Shown: positions 1 through 10,337 of the stretch, one piece after another
How positions within the stretch are numbered: the stretch's first letter is position 1
How the letters are laid out: each line of letters opens with the position of its first letter
Assembly: GCA_963753595.1 (NCBI GenBank)
Contig: CAVWCX010000006.1
Span: 30,937-94,936 of the forward strand
Origin: Candidatus Methanoperedenaceae archaeon
GTDB taxonomy: Archaea > Halobacteriota > Methanosarcinia > Methanosarcinales > Methanoperedenaceae
DNA length: 64,000 nucleotides
Reading direction: 5' to 3'
The notes under the pieces: model-generated
The model's input: the letters and a program-made list of their open reading frames with translations, nothing else
What the model was told of the DNA's origin: nothing
The model's database searches: none
Translations under genes and position numbers: made by a program

Positions 1-2
1 GA

Positions 3-398
3 ATAAAGGCAAAAATTCATGTCTTAAAATTAGATAATTGTATTACCATCAAAGATTTCGTTCCAAATTATGAAATTGTAACATTGTATCAGAGCTGCAA
101 TATTTTTATTTTGCCTAGCCTTGAAGAAGGTGTTCCAAGAACGATATTAGAGGCTATGTCATGTGGTATACCCGTAGTATGTTCAAATTTGCCACAATTA
201 GTGGATATTGTAAAAGATGGTGGATTTCTTGTACCCACAAAAGATCCACAAACACTGGCTGAAAGAATATCAGAGATATTATCAAATGAAATTATGGCAA
301 GAAAAATGGGGCAATCAGGGAGAGAAAATATTAAGAACAATTATTCATGGAAAGATTCTGTGGAAAAAACCATTCGACTATATACGGAGTTGATTTAA
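3..398 (+). CDS. Glycosyltransferase family 4 (GT-B), 5'-truncated by window edge
   Basis: Frame is open from position 3; GT4 C-terminal motif FILPSLEEGVPRTILEAMSCGIPVV. Confidence 0.9.
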   Translation: MKAKIHVLKLDNCITIKDFVPNYEIVTLYQSCNIFILPSLEEGVPRTILEAMSCGIPVVCSNLPQLVDIVKDGGFLVPTKDPQTLAERISEILSNEIMARKMGQSGRENIKNNYSWKDSVEKTIRLYTELI

Positions 399-399
399 T

Positions 400-546
400 A
401 TGGTAAAAACGGTACCAACTGGATACACAGTTTTTGCAGGTTATTTAGTATTGGCGAGAGAATTGATACAATATAATCCGATTTTTGATATTAATAATGG
501 ATGGATTAAATTTACATATTGGTTTAAGGAGGTTAAAAAATTATGA
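400..546 (+). pseudogene. 48-codon remnant resembling the C-terminal tail of an NAD-dependent sugar epimerase/dehydratase
   Basis: Manual translation MVKTVPTGYTVFAGYLVLARELIQYNPIFDINNGWIKFTYWFKEVKKL resembles the epimerase tail (cf. TYADVTRARKMIGYAPTVGIEEGIKR in 7019..7954). Confidence 0.45.
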
Positions 547-1832
547 GTGCATTAAATACTATGAGATTGCTTCATCAGGTGCAAAAAAATCAATGGCTCA
601 AACCTTCGGAATTAGAAGCTTTACAAATAAAAAAGGTTCGCGCCATAATTAGACATGCTTATGAAAACACTGAGTTTTATCACAAGAAATTTAAAATTGC
701 AGGAATTGGACCAGAAGATATCAAGACTATAAATGATTTAGAAAAGATACCATTTACAACAAAAGCTGAACTTCGGGAAAATAGTATAGGATCCATGCTG
801 GCAAAGGGCATTAATTTAAGTAGATGTCTAGTTACTGAAACAAGCGGTTCGACAGGTATACCAACGAAAGTTGTTTACGATGAAATGGCTAATGATTTTA
901 GTAAAGCGGTAAACATACGTTCACATATTGAAAATGGTTTGCATCTCAGAAGTAAATGGGTTGTTTTTGGAGACCCACATCATTTTCAGAAACCCCGTTG
1001 GTTTCAGCGATTTGGCGTCTTTAGTCCAACACAGGTTTCTGTATTTGAATCAGTAGAAAAACAATTATCTATTTTACGTAAGTTAAAACCAGATGTTTTA
1101 GATGGTTATACCTCTTCAATCAGCCTTGTGGCAAAGGAGGTTGATAAAGGAAATATTAAAGATATAAAACCTAAAGTAATCTTTGGAACTTCAGAACTTT
1201 TAGACAGTGAGACGAGAAAATATATAAATTCTGTTTTTGATGTCGAGATGATAGATCTTTTTGGTTGTGTTGAACTCAACAGAACTGCTTGGGAATGCAG
1301 TGAACATGCGGGATATCATATTGATGTTGACGCTGTTATTATGGAATTCATCAAGGACGGAGATAATGTTTCACCTGGTGAACGAGGGGAAATTGTATAC
1401 ACAGGGCTATATAATTTTGCCATGCCTTTAATTCGATATAAAATTGGCGACATTGGAATCCCAAGCGATGAACTTTGTCCATGCGGACGTGGATTACCTT
1501 TAATGAAACTTATCGAAGGGAGAACGGATTCATTTATGCAGGTACCCAATGGCCGAATATTTTCCCCTATAATATGGACTGCAATAATGAGGGGTATTCC
1601 AGGTGTTGGACAATTCAAAGCAATACAAGAGAGAAAAGATTTGATACGAATTTTGCTCGTTAAAAATAATCATTTTTCCAAAATGACAATAGACAAAATT
1701 GACCATGATATTAAGGAAGTAATGGGGAAAGACGTTAATGTTGAAATTGAACTTGTGAATGATATTCCCAGGGATAAATCAGGAAAGATTAGAGCCGCAG
1801 TATCAAAGGTGAATAGTGAAATTGAAAAATAA
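543..1832 (+). CDS. Phenylacetate-CoA ligase / CapK-like ANL adenylate-forming enzyme
   Basis: P-loop TETSGSTG, PFTTKAELR, MPLIRYKIGD, CPCGR, EGRTD and C-terminal SGK motifs; RBS aaggagg upstream. Confidence 0.85.
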   Translation: MSALNTMRLLHQVQKNQWLKPSELEALQIKKVRAIIRHAYENTEFYHKKFKIAGIGPEDIKTINDLEKIPFTTKAELRENSIGSMLAKGINLSRCLVTETSGSTGIPTKVVYDEMANDFSKAVNIRSHIENGLHLRSKWVVFGDPHHFQKPRWFQRFGVFSPTQVSVFESVEKQLSILRKLKPDVLDGYTSSISLVAKEVDKGNIKDIKPKVIFGTSELLDSETRKYINSVFDVEMIDLFGCVELNRTAWECSEHAGYHIDVDAVIMEFIKDGDNVSPGERGEIVYTGLYNFAMPLIRYKIGDIGIPSDELCPCGRGLPLMKLIEGRTDSFMQVPNGRIFSPIIWTAIMRGIPGVGQFKAIQERKDLIRILLVKNNHFSKMTIDKIDHDIKEVMGKDVNVEIELVNDIPRDKSGKIRAAVSKVNSEIEK

Positions 1833-2946
1833 ATTATTAGTCTGTACAACAGAATATTATCCTCATGGATCAGGTATTGCGAATGTTGCGCATAATGTAG
1901 TTGAGCAACTCAGGATTAAGGGAATTGATTGTGAAGTATGTTCACCAACTGGACCAGATATTTTTATCGGAAACAGACAATTGATATTACATTTTGGGAG
2001 ACTTGGTCTTTTATATTATTGGTTTAGAGTTGCTAGATATTTCAAAGGTCATTTGGGTTATAATATGATTTGGCTACATCAACCGTTATTTCCATTAAGC
2101 AATCCATTTTCAAAATGTTTAATCACTATGCATATAACAGCTTTTGGGCATTATAAAGCTACAAAAAGATTGAATTATCCAATGCACTTAAGATTATATT
2201 ATTTATTTTCATCTATTTTAGAAAAATATTCCTTGTTAAAATTGAGTGCCGAAAAAAAAATTACAACCGATAGCCCAGAAGTAAGTCGTGAATTAATTGA
2301 GATGATAGGTAATGCTATAAAACCTATATTTATTCCAAATGGTGTTGATACTAATAAGTTTAAGCCAATGAAAAATAGGCAAAAAATAAGGAAAAAATTC
2401 AATTTTTTGCAAGATCATATTATTTTTTTATCCGTGGGAAGACTTTCACGTCAAAAAAAAATATTAACAATGCTTGATAGTTTTAAAATAATACAAGAAG
2501 AAATAAAAAATTGCCTATTAATAATTGCCGGTACAGGTGAGTTAAAAGAACATTTAAATAACTATACAAAAGTGAATGAAATCAAAAACGTGTCTTTTAT
2601 GGGTTTTATTCCTGATGAAGAATTGACAGAATTATATTCATGTTCCGATTATTTTATCATGACTTCTGAATATGAAGGACAACCACTAACGCTTCTTGAG
2701 GCCATGGCTTCAGGACTTCCCTGCATTGTTTCAGATATTCCAAATTTGAAAATCGTGGAAGAAGCAAAATGTGGCATTATTGTAGATTTTTCTGATGAAG
2801 ATGAAGCTGTCCGAAAAATTATTGAGTATATTAAGGAATACAACTCGATCCATGCAAAAAACGCACGTAAATATGCAGAAGAAAATCTGGATTGGAGTAT
2901 AATTGCCGACAAATATTTGAAAGCGTTGGAAAGTATTAAGAGTTGA
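1816..2946 (+). CDS. Glycosyltransferase family 4
   Basis: IPNGVD, VGRLSRQK and EGQPLTLLEAMASGLP motifs. Confidence 0.9.
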   Translation: MKLKNKLLVCTTEYYPHGSGIANVAHNVVEQLRIKGIDCEVCSPTGPDIFIGNRQLILHFGRLGLLYYWFRVARYFKGHLGYNMIWLHQPLFPLSNPFSKCLITMHITAFGHYKATKRLNYPMHLRLYYLFSSILEKYSLLKLSAEKKITTDSPEVSRELIEMIGNAIKPIFIPNGVDTNKFKPMKNRQKIRKKFNFLQDHIIFLSVGRLSRQKKILTMLDSFKIIQEEIKNCLLIIAGTGELKEHLNNYTKVNEIKNVSFMGFIPDEELTELYSCSDYFIMTSEYEGQPLTLLEAMASGLPCIVSDIPNLKIVEEAKCGIIVDFSDEDEAVRKIIEYIKEYNSIHAKNARKYAEENLDWSIIADKYLKALESIKS

Positions 2947-3671
2947 TCACATTGATAAGAAATAAATTTCGAACATTCTCTAAAAACAAATGTAAAAATA
3001 TCATTGAAAATGTTATTCACAAATATAATATAAATAATAACTATATAAAAATTCTTGATATTGGTGCAGGAAACTGCTGGTTGTTGAATCTTATTTCAAA
3101 TAATTATATGAAAATAGGAATTGATTTACATGCGCACCAACATTTTATTGATGACACATTTAGAGAGTTTCTAAATACAAAATCATCGTATTTCGCATTT
3201 GGTGATGCGACAAAACTTCCCTTCCCCGATTCCACTTTTGATATTGTATTTTCAAATGAATTCGTATCACATGTGAAAGATATCGATGAAACGTTGGAAG
3301 AACAAATAAGAGTCCTTAAAAAAGGTGGTTTTCTCTTAATTATGGATTCTAATCCATTAAATATACAAACATTTTTTAGCTGTTTTATTGTCAATTATTT
3401 GACATCTCGAAACTCAAAAACTAAGAGAGGTGGGATGAGATGGCTATTTCATCGTGATGAGCCATTTTATGAATTAGCCCCGATAAAAGGTGGGAAACGT
3501 ATGGTGTATTGGAAAGATGAGAATATCCATACTAAGTTTTGGTGGAAAAAGAAACTAAGATCTTATTCAAGCCAAATGGAATTTGAAATATCTATTTTCT
3601 GGTCATTTTTACCAATTTCTTCGTTCAAATTGATTGCCAATAAGATACTGGTGGTCGGAAAAAAGTTGTGA
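2943..3671 (+). CDS. Class I SAM-dependent methyltransferase
   Basis: ILDIGAGNC motif I, GDATKLPFPDSTFDIV, RVLKKGG. Confidence 0.88.
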   Translation: MITLIRNKFRTFSKNKCKNIIENVIHKYNINNNYIKILDIGAGNCWLLNLISNNYMKIGIDLHAHQHFIDDTFREFLNTKSSYFAFGDATKLPFPDSTFDIVFSNEFVSHVKDIDETLEEQIRVLKKGGFLLIMDSNPLNIQTFFSCFIVNYLTSRNSKTKRGGMRWLFHRDEPFYELAPIKGGKRMVYWKDENIHTKFWWKKKLRSYSSQMEFEISIFWSFLPISSFKLIANKILVVGKKL

Positions 3672-3705
3672 AAAACCATCCTAATCTATCAAGAGTGGTG
3701 AAACA

Positions 3706-4800
3706 GTGAAGATATTGATTATAACACTAAATACTTATGGCGGAATGAACCATTACGTTTCCCAACTTGCAAATTCTCTCTCAAAAAAAGAAGAAGTTAC
3801 GATAATAGCCCCGATTGGCATAGAGAAAAAAAATTTCACAAAAAATGTAAAAATAATAGAACTGGAACTTGGAAATGTGATAAAAAAGTTTTTTATCAAC
3901 ACCCTGATATTTACCAGACCCCTAAAATTTTTAATTACAATTTATAAAGAAAAACCAGAGGTAATACATTTCAATGAGCAGCCATTATGGTTATGTTTTT
4001 TTTTACCATTTTTGATGAAATATCCTATTGTAACGACTATTCATGACGTAAATCCTCATTTTGGAACCAGAAAATTTGACCAGTTAATTGGAAAATGGAT
4101 TTTTATAAATTTCTCTAATTGTTTGATTGTTCATGGTGAGAAGGCCAAATATGAATTAAAAATGAATAACAAATGTTATATAATTCCACATGGAGATTAT
4201 TCTTTTTTTCTTAAATATAGAAAAGATGGCATAGATGAAGAAGAGAACTCCATACTCTTTTTTGGACGAATTGAAGAATATAAAGGTTTAGAATATCTAA
4301 TTAAAGCAGTATCTTATATTTCAATAGATTATCCAGAAATCAAACTCATTATTGCTGGCAGCGGTGATTTTTGTAAGTATAAAATTATGATTCTTAACGA
4401 TAATAATTATGAAGTGCATAATAGATTCATTTCAGATGAAGAAATACCATCTTTTTTCCAGCGGGCAAAAATAGTTGTCCTGCCATACTTAGAAGGCACA
4501 CAAACTGGAATCATCCCGATTGCATATGCATTTAAGAAACCGGTGGTTGTAACTGACGTGGGCAGTATCCCTGAAGTTGTTGATAATGGAAATACAGGGT
4601 TTATTGTACCAGCAAAAGATTATATGGCTTTAGCAGAGGCAATAATAAAATTATTAAAGGATGATAAATTAAGGAAAGAAATGGGTGAAAATGGTTATAG
4701 AAAAATGATAGTAGAACTTTCGTGGGATAAGATTGCTGAAAAGACGATTGAAATGTACAAAACCATTTTATATTTAAAGAAAGTTAATAAACTAAAATGA
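3706..4800 (+). CDS. Glycosyltransferase family 4
   Basis: TIHDVNPH, FFGRIEEYKG, QTGIIPIAYAFKKPVVVTDVG. Confidence 0.9.
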   Translation: MKILIITLNTYGGMNHYVSQLANSLSKKEEVTIIAPIGIEKKNFTKNVKIIELELGNVIKKFFINTLIFTRPLKFLITIYKEKPEVIHFNEQPLWLCFFLPFLMKYPIVTTIHDVNPHFGTRKFDQLIGKWIFINFSNCLIVHGEKAKYELKMNNKCYIIPHGDYSFFLKYRKDGIDEEENSILFFGRIEEYKGLEYLIKAVSYISIDYPEIKLIIAGSGDFCKYKIMILNDNNYEVHNRFISDEEIPSFFQRAKIVVLPYLEGTQTGIIPIAYAFKKPVVVTDVGSIPEVVDNGNTGFIVPAKDYMALAEAIIKLLKDDKLRKEMGENGYRKMIVELSWDKIAEKTIEMYKTILYLKKVNKLK

Positions 4801-7007
4801 TAAAAATACCAGATATAATCCAGCTTAATGATTGGGCGCCAATAAAGTTCGTCAGTGCAATGGCAGCCATCCATCTATCAATGCTTGGAGCTATCGGTCT
4901 TGGTATTATAGGTTTAGATATCCCGATTTTAAGACAGATTATTGGTTTTGTTTATCTCACTTTTATTCCTGGAATCATCATCTTAAGACTTTTTAGAGTG
5001 CATAATTTGGGCGTCTCTGTTACCATTCTTTTTTCCACAGGCCTGAGTGTTTCATTCTTGATGTTCAGCGGTTTATTTCTGAATTCAATGTTTTCATTTT
5101 TAAATATCAAATCTCCTCTTACATCATGGAACGTGGTTATTTTCATGTTTACTCTGTTGATACTATTATCCATATTTAGCTACAAAACAGACAAATCTGA
5201 TAAAAACGAGCTTAAGTATTTGAAAATCTCTCGTCCAGCTTTATTTTTGATTTTATTGCCGATTTTGAGCATTATTGGTACATATTTTGTCAATTTTCAT
5301 AATAATAATATTCTGCTCTTCATTTTAATTGTACTAATTGCTTTGATCCCTGTTCTGGTTTTTTTTAAAAAAATTCCTTGTGAACTGTATCCTCTGGCAG
5401 TGGTAGTGATAGCAGTTTCGCTGCTTTTTCACTATTCACTAATTTCCATGTACATAATGGGTAGTGATATATTCACAGAATATTATGTTTACAAACAAGT
5501 TATTTTTAATGCTTACTGGAACCCACAAATGTTTGGTAATGTTGCTGCTATGCTCAGTATTGGGATTCTACCCGCAATATATTCGAATTTCTTACAAATA
5601 GATGGGGCATGGGTATTTAAGATTGTTTATCCAATTATTTTTTCATTGGTTCCCCTTGGGTTGTATTGTGTTTATCGGCTTCAATTAAAGAATGATGACA
5701 TAGCATTTTATTCTGTTTTCTTTTTCATGTCACTGTATGTTTTTTTTACCGAAATGCTTTCTTTAGCCAGGCAACAAATTGCAGAGTTTTTCTTTGTTTT
5801 GCTCATGTATCTTATGATTCAGGATACGCTTGACAAGAATATTCGAAACATCTTGCTTCTTGTTTTTGGTGCGTCAATGATAACTTCCCACTATGGACTT
5901 TCGTATATTTATCTTGTTTTTATAATTATAATATTCTTATTTTCAATGGATATGATCAGAACGTTAAAAATCGGAGGATTGAAGGTATCTGAGTTTAATC
6001 TGGAAAAAAGGACAATGAAATTTTTTGTGGAGTTTTTTATAGTATTTTTACTATTATGGTATATGAATATTTCAGGCTCTTCACCTTTTAATACAATTGT
6101 GAAAATAGGCGATAATTTATATGCAAGTATCTTTACTGATTTTTTGAACACTGGCACCCAAGATAGAAATCTTCAAATGGCACTGGGCATTGCAGATCCA
6201 TTAATTTCTTCTTTCGGGAGGCAAATCCATAGAAATTTACAAATTATAACCCAACTTTTTATAATTATAGGATTTTTTAAATTAATTATTTATAGGGAGT
6301 ATGCAAAACTCAAATCAGAGTATTTTTATTTGATCATAGCGTCATTTGTATTTTTATTCATATCGCTTCTTCCCAATTTAGCAGACAAATTTAATATGTC
6401 AAGAATTTATCATATAACGCTCTTCGCACTTTCTCCCCTTTTGATCATTGGGGGAATTTTTCTGATCGAAAGATCAATAAAAATAATTAAGATTAAATAT
6501 AAATTAAATCAAGATATTGTGTTTTTGATTTTGATTTTGGGGATAATGATCCCTTACCTTCTATTTAATACTGGTTTTGTATATGAAATAACAAAAGACA
6601 AATCCACATCCATCCCCCTGGGAATGGACAGAATGAAAAATGATACTATTACCAAATTCGATATTTATAGTATTTATACGCAAGAACAAGATGTTTACAG
6701 CGCGAGATGGTATTATAAATATAATGATGGAAATAAAAGAATATACGCAGACAAGGATTCGCAAGCGCATGTTTTACACAGCTATGGGATGATTTCACAA
6801 TATAAGATCAATCGCCTATTTATAAAAGGAGATAATAGGGAACGTGGTTTACCTGAGAATTATTATGTCTATATGAATAAGTTAAATGTGTGTGAGGATA
6901 CTTTTGTGTTGAGAAATACATTAATAGTGAATTCATCTTCGGTTTCGTTATCAAATAAATTATTTAATATATATTCAAATGGTTGCGGAGAAATTTATAG
7001 AAAATAA
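4797..7007 (+). CDS. Multi-pass membrane protein (DUF2206-like, glycan cluster associated, possibly GT-C fold)
   Basis: About 18 hydrophobic segments; motifs GSDIFTEY, RQQIAE and SHYG resemble archaeal DUF2206 proteins. Confidence 0.7.
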   Translation: MIKIPDIIQLNDWAPIKFVSAMAAIHLSMLGAIGLGIIGLDIPILRQIIGFVYLTFIPGIIILRLFRVHNLGVSVTILFSTGLSVSFLMFSGLFLNSMFSFLNIKSPLTSWNVVIFMFTLLILLSIFSYKTDKSDKNELKYLKISRPALFLILLPILSIIGTYFVNFHNNNILLFILIVLIALIPVLVFFKKIPCELYPLAVVVIAVSLLFHYSLISMYIMGSDIFTEYYVYKQVIFNAYWNPQMFGNVAAMLSIGILPAIYSNFLQIDGAWVFKIVYPIIFSLVPLGLYCVYRLQLKNDDIAFYSVFFFMSLYVFFTEMLSLARQQIAEFFFVLLMYLMIQDTLDKNIRNILLLVFGASMITSHYGLSYIYLVFIIIIFLFSMDMIRTLKIGGLKVSEFNLEKRTMKFFVEFFIVFLLLWYMNISGSSPFNTIVKIGDNLYASIFTDFLNTGTQDRNLQMALGIADPLISSFGRQIHRNLQIITQLFIIIGFFKLIIYREYAKLKSEYFYLIIASFVFLFISLLPNLADKFNMSRIYHITLFALSPLLIIGGIFLIERSIKIIKIKYKLNQDIVFLILILGIMIPYLLFNTGFVYEITKDKSTSIPLGMDRMKNDTITKFDIYSIYTQEQDVYSARWYYKYNDGNKRIYADKDSQAHVLHSYGMISQYKINRLFIKGDNRERGLPENYYVYMNKLNVCEDTFVLRNTLIVNSSSVSLSNKLFNIYSNGCGEIYRK

Positions 7008-7018
7008 GAGGTTTTAGA

Positions 7019-7954
7019 ATGAGATCATTAATAACAGGATGTGCAGGATTTATAGGCTCTCACCTGACAGAGAAATTGCTGCAAGAGGGACACGTTGTAA
7101 CAGGCATTGATTGTTTCACGGATTATTATTCCAGAAAGATCAAAGAGAATAACATAAAAAATGCACTTGAACATGAAAATTTTACATTCATTGAAGAAGA
7201 CATCGTGAACATTAGTGAATTCCCCGAAGTAGATTATGTATTCCACCAGGCTGCACAGGCAGGAGTGAGGGGCTCATGGGGTAAGAATTTTGAGATTTAC
7301 ATCCGGAATAACATCCTTGCGTCACAAAAATTATTAGAATACTACAAAGACAGTAGTCTCAAGAAATTCGTCTATGCATCTTCTTCATCTATATATGGAA
7401 ATGTGGATGAACTTCCCATCCTGGAAGACACCCCTAAAAATCCATTTTCCCCTTACGGCGTTACGAAATTGGCGGCAGAAAACCTGTGTTCTTTATATTA
7501 TAAGAACTATGGCGTCCCTACGGTATCGCTTAGATATTTCACAGTCTATGGGCCGAGGCAGCGACCAGATATGGGCATTCATAAATTTATTCACGCTGCT
7601 CTTAATGGGAATATAATTGAGATTTATGGGGACGGCTCCCAGACACGGGACTTTACATATATATCAGATATTGTACAGGCAAATTTGCTCGCTATGAAAA
7701 ACGGTGCAGGTGGTGAGAGATTAAATATCGGCGGAGGAGGCAGGATCTCAGTAATTGAATTATTACAATTAATCCGAAATGCTGTCGGCAAGGAAATAAG
7801 AGTAAATCATGTTGAGTCACAGAAAGGGGATGTCCAGGATACATATGCTGATGTGACAAGAGCAAGGAAAATGATAGGATACGCACCAACTGTAGGAATA
7901 GAAGAGGGAATAAAAAGACATGTGGCCACATTTGTTAAATTAGCAAATCACTGA
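7019..7954 (+). CDS. NAD-dependent nucleotide-sugar epimerase/dehydratase (UDP-glucuronate/UDP-glucose 4-epimerase-like)
   Basis: GCAGFIG, ASSSSIYG, YGVTK (YxxxK), LRYFTVYGPRQRPDM. Confidence 0.92.
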   Translation: MRSLITGCAGFIGSHLTEKLLQEGHVVTGIDCFTDYYSRKIKENNIKNALEHENFTFIEEDIVNISEFPEVDYVFHQAAQAGVRGSWGKNFEIYIRNNILASQKLLEYYKDSSLKKFVYASSSSIYGNVDELPILEDTPKNPFSPYGVTKLAAENLCSLYYKNYGVPTVSLRYFTVYGPRQRPDMGIHKFIHAALNGNIIEIYGDGSQTRDFTYISDIVQANLLAMKNGAGGERLNIGGGGRISVIELLQLIRNAVGKEIRVNHVESQKGDVQDTYADVTRARKMIGYAPTVGIEEGIKRHVATFVKLANH

Positions 7955-7963
7955 AACACTACA

Positions 7964-8881
7964 TTATAAAACCATCGACGGTATCAGACCATGTATCATT
8001 GCTTTCAAAAATGATTTAAGAGATCTTAAATCCTTATGATACAGCACAATAATACCTCCTGTAAACCACAACTCGAAAAAAAAGAAGTATAATAAAAATA
8101 AAATATATTGGTTCCATGTAGCATACCTTTTTACAAACCAGAACTGGTTTCTCGTAAGAAAATAAATTTTATTTCTATTAATATTAGAGGCAGATATCTT
8201 ATGCCATATTTTAGCTCCTGGAACAAAAATGGAGATGTATCCAGCTCTGTATCCCCGCATACACAAATCATTATCCTCCCAGTAGGCAAAATAGACAGGA
8301 TCAAATAATCCAATTTTTTTGATCACTTCTTTTCTCAGTAAAATACATGAACCTTCTACATAATCAACTTCTTTTATTTCATTGAACTGCCCATTGTCAA
8401 CCTCATTTAGACCTATATGATAAGTTCTGCCTTTCCAGATATCAAGCTTACCCCCGGCAAAATTAATAATGTCTTTTTTTCGATTATAATCGTAATAATA
8501 TACTTTAGGTCCAGCAAATCCAATCCTCGGATCACTCTGTACAACTTTGACCAGTTCATCCAGGAAATCTGGATCGACTACAGTATCATTATTTAAAAGC
8601 AGCACATAATCTGCTCCATTATTTATCGCTGTTCTTATTCCAATATTATTCCCTTCAGCATATCCCACATTGTTCTTATTTTCGATGATCTCAATATTAT
8701 GATATCGTGTTTTGAAGTATTCCACAGATCCATCAGTTGAGCCATTATCGACCAGAAGAACCCAATAATTGGGGTATGTTATCTGCTTAATGGATTCAAG
8801 GCACTCTATGGTATCATCTTTTCTGTTCCAGTTCAAGATAATTATGGCAACTTTTGGATTATATATTATTCCGGTTAACAT
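7964..8881 (-). CDS. Glycosyltransferase family 2 (rhamnosyltransferase-like)
   Basis: IIILNWN, VDNGSTDGS, LLNNDT, YWEDNDLC; start taken at the ATG at 8881. Confidence 0.9.
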   Translation of the reverse strand: MLTGIIYNPKVAIIILNWNRKDDTIECLESIKQITYPNYWVLLVDNGSTDGSVEYFKTRYHNIEIIENKNNVGYAEGNNIGIRTAINNGADYVLLLNNDTVVDPDFLDELVKVVQSDPRIGFAGPKVYYYDYNRKKDIINFAGGKLDIWKGRTYHIGLNEVDNGQFNEIKEVDYVEGSCILLRKEVIKKIGLFDPVYFAYWEDNDLCMRGYRAGYISIFVPGAKIWHKISASNINRNKIYFLTRNQFWFVKRYATWNQYILFLLYFFFFELWFTGGIIVLYHKDLRSLKSFLKAMIHGLIPSMVL

Positions 8882-10085
8882 AGACTTCAATAATATTATC
8901 TTCAATACTTTGTATATATCTTTCTATATTATACTTTTCCTGTACTATTTTTCTCCCATTATCACCCATTTTTTTTGCAAGGCCGGGATTTTCATATAAT
9001 TTGATAATTTTTTCTCCCATCTCTAAGGGGTCTTCTGGGGATACAAGGTACCCGGTAATTCCATCCTGCAATATTTCTTTCGTTCCACCACTATTTCTTC
9101 CAATTACAGGAACTCTGGCAGCCATTGCCTCTATAGTTGCTCTTCCGAATGCTTCATACAATGAGGTCATTAATAAAACTTTAAAATATGGATATATTTG
9201 AAAAATATCATTTCTATGTCCCGTAAAAATTACTTTATCATATAAACCTAATTCTGAGATCAATTGTTCTAACTTTTTTTTAAATTCATTGGAATCCCTT
9301 CCTATTAAAAGAAGTTTAATATTTGGTATTTTTTGACTGGCTGCTTTAACTGCCAGGATAGCATAATCTTGAGCTTTCCTTTCATTAATGTCTCCTATTA
9401 CAGCAACTAAATAATCTTCTGGATTTATTCCTTTAATATCTGGAATTAAAGTCTGTCCTTCAAATACATGAATATCTATTGCATTAGGAACGACTTTTAT
9501 TTTATTTGAATAATTATCCGAAAATTGATTTTTTACTGCCAGGGAATTCGTAATAATACGATTTGAAAACTTCATTATGAAATCAAAAAGTAAACTATCT
9601 GGAAAGAAAAAATAAAAACCAGGATTATTTTTAAATATCTCTCTTAAATGCCAGATATGGGGGGTTCTAGTAATAAAGGCTGAAATAGCTCCTGAAAATA
9701 TTACGGAACTATTGGTGTAAATAATTTTTATTTTTTCTTTTTTAATTATATTGATAAATTTAGGTGCGGCAAATAATTCCAATATAATGGAGTAAATAAA
9801 TATTGAAATACTAACTGGTGTCCGAACCCACCTACTAACCGGATCATGAAAAAGCCACCAGGTATATTTAACTTTATATGTCTTGATTCCAAGACTTTTC
9901 AGTTCTTCTTCGAATGCACCCGATCTGGGAGTAATGATAACTGGACATGGAATAGTTACAATTGGATCAAATATTTTTCGATCAATATTTTTTAATAATA
10001 TTAACAAGCTTTTTTCTGCTCCGCCAACCATTAAGGATGTATGGGAGATGAAGAGAACTTTTATTGGTTCGTTCTTATTGCACAT
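8859..10085 (-). CDS. Glycosyltransferase family 4
   Basis: GGAEKSL, IWHLRE, EAFGRATIEAMAARVPV. Confidence 0.9.
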   Translation of the reverse strand: MCNKNEPIKVLFISHTSLMVGGAEKSLLILLKNIDRKIFDPIVTIPCPVIITPRSGAFEEELKSLGIKTYKVKYTWWLFHDPVSRWVRTPVSISIFIYSIILELFAAPKFINIIKKEKIKIIYTNSSVIFSGAISAFITRTPHIWHLREIFKNNPGFYFFFPDSLLFDFIMKFSNRIITNSLAVKNQFSDNYSNKIKVVPNAIDIHVFEGQTLIPDIKGINPEDYLVAVIGDINERKAQDYAILAVKAASQKIPNIKLLLIGRDSNEFKKKLEQLISELGLYDKVIFTGHRNDIFQIYPYFKVLLMTSLYEAFGRATIEAMAARVPVIGRNSGGTKEILQDGITGYLVSPEDPLEMGEKIIKLYENPGLAKKMGDNGRKIVQEKYNIERYIQSIEDNIIEVYVNRNNI

Positions 10086-10337
10086 TAAATTTCAACTTCT
10101 CATTTAAAACTCTTTCATTTTACAACAATTTTATTTATATACCCTATTGTCTTTTATAATCACCAATAAGATATATCTGTATGTATATGGTTTTATGGGG
10201 TATATGCTCATTTATCGATTAAAAGGATAAGCGAAGAGTTTATGAGATAGCTAATACCTATTAATAAATACAATAATATTCTATTAGAAGAGAAGCCATC
10301 ATTTCCGAGTTCAAATTATCTATCACAGAGGAAAAAT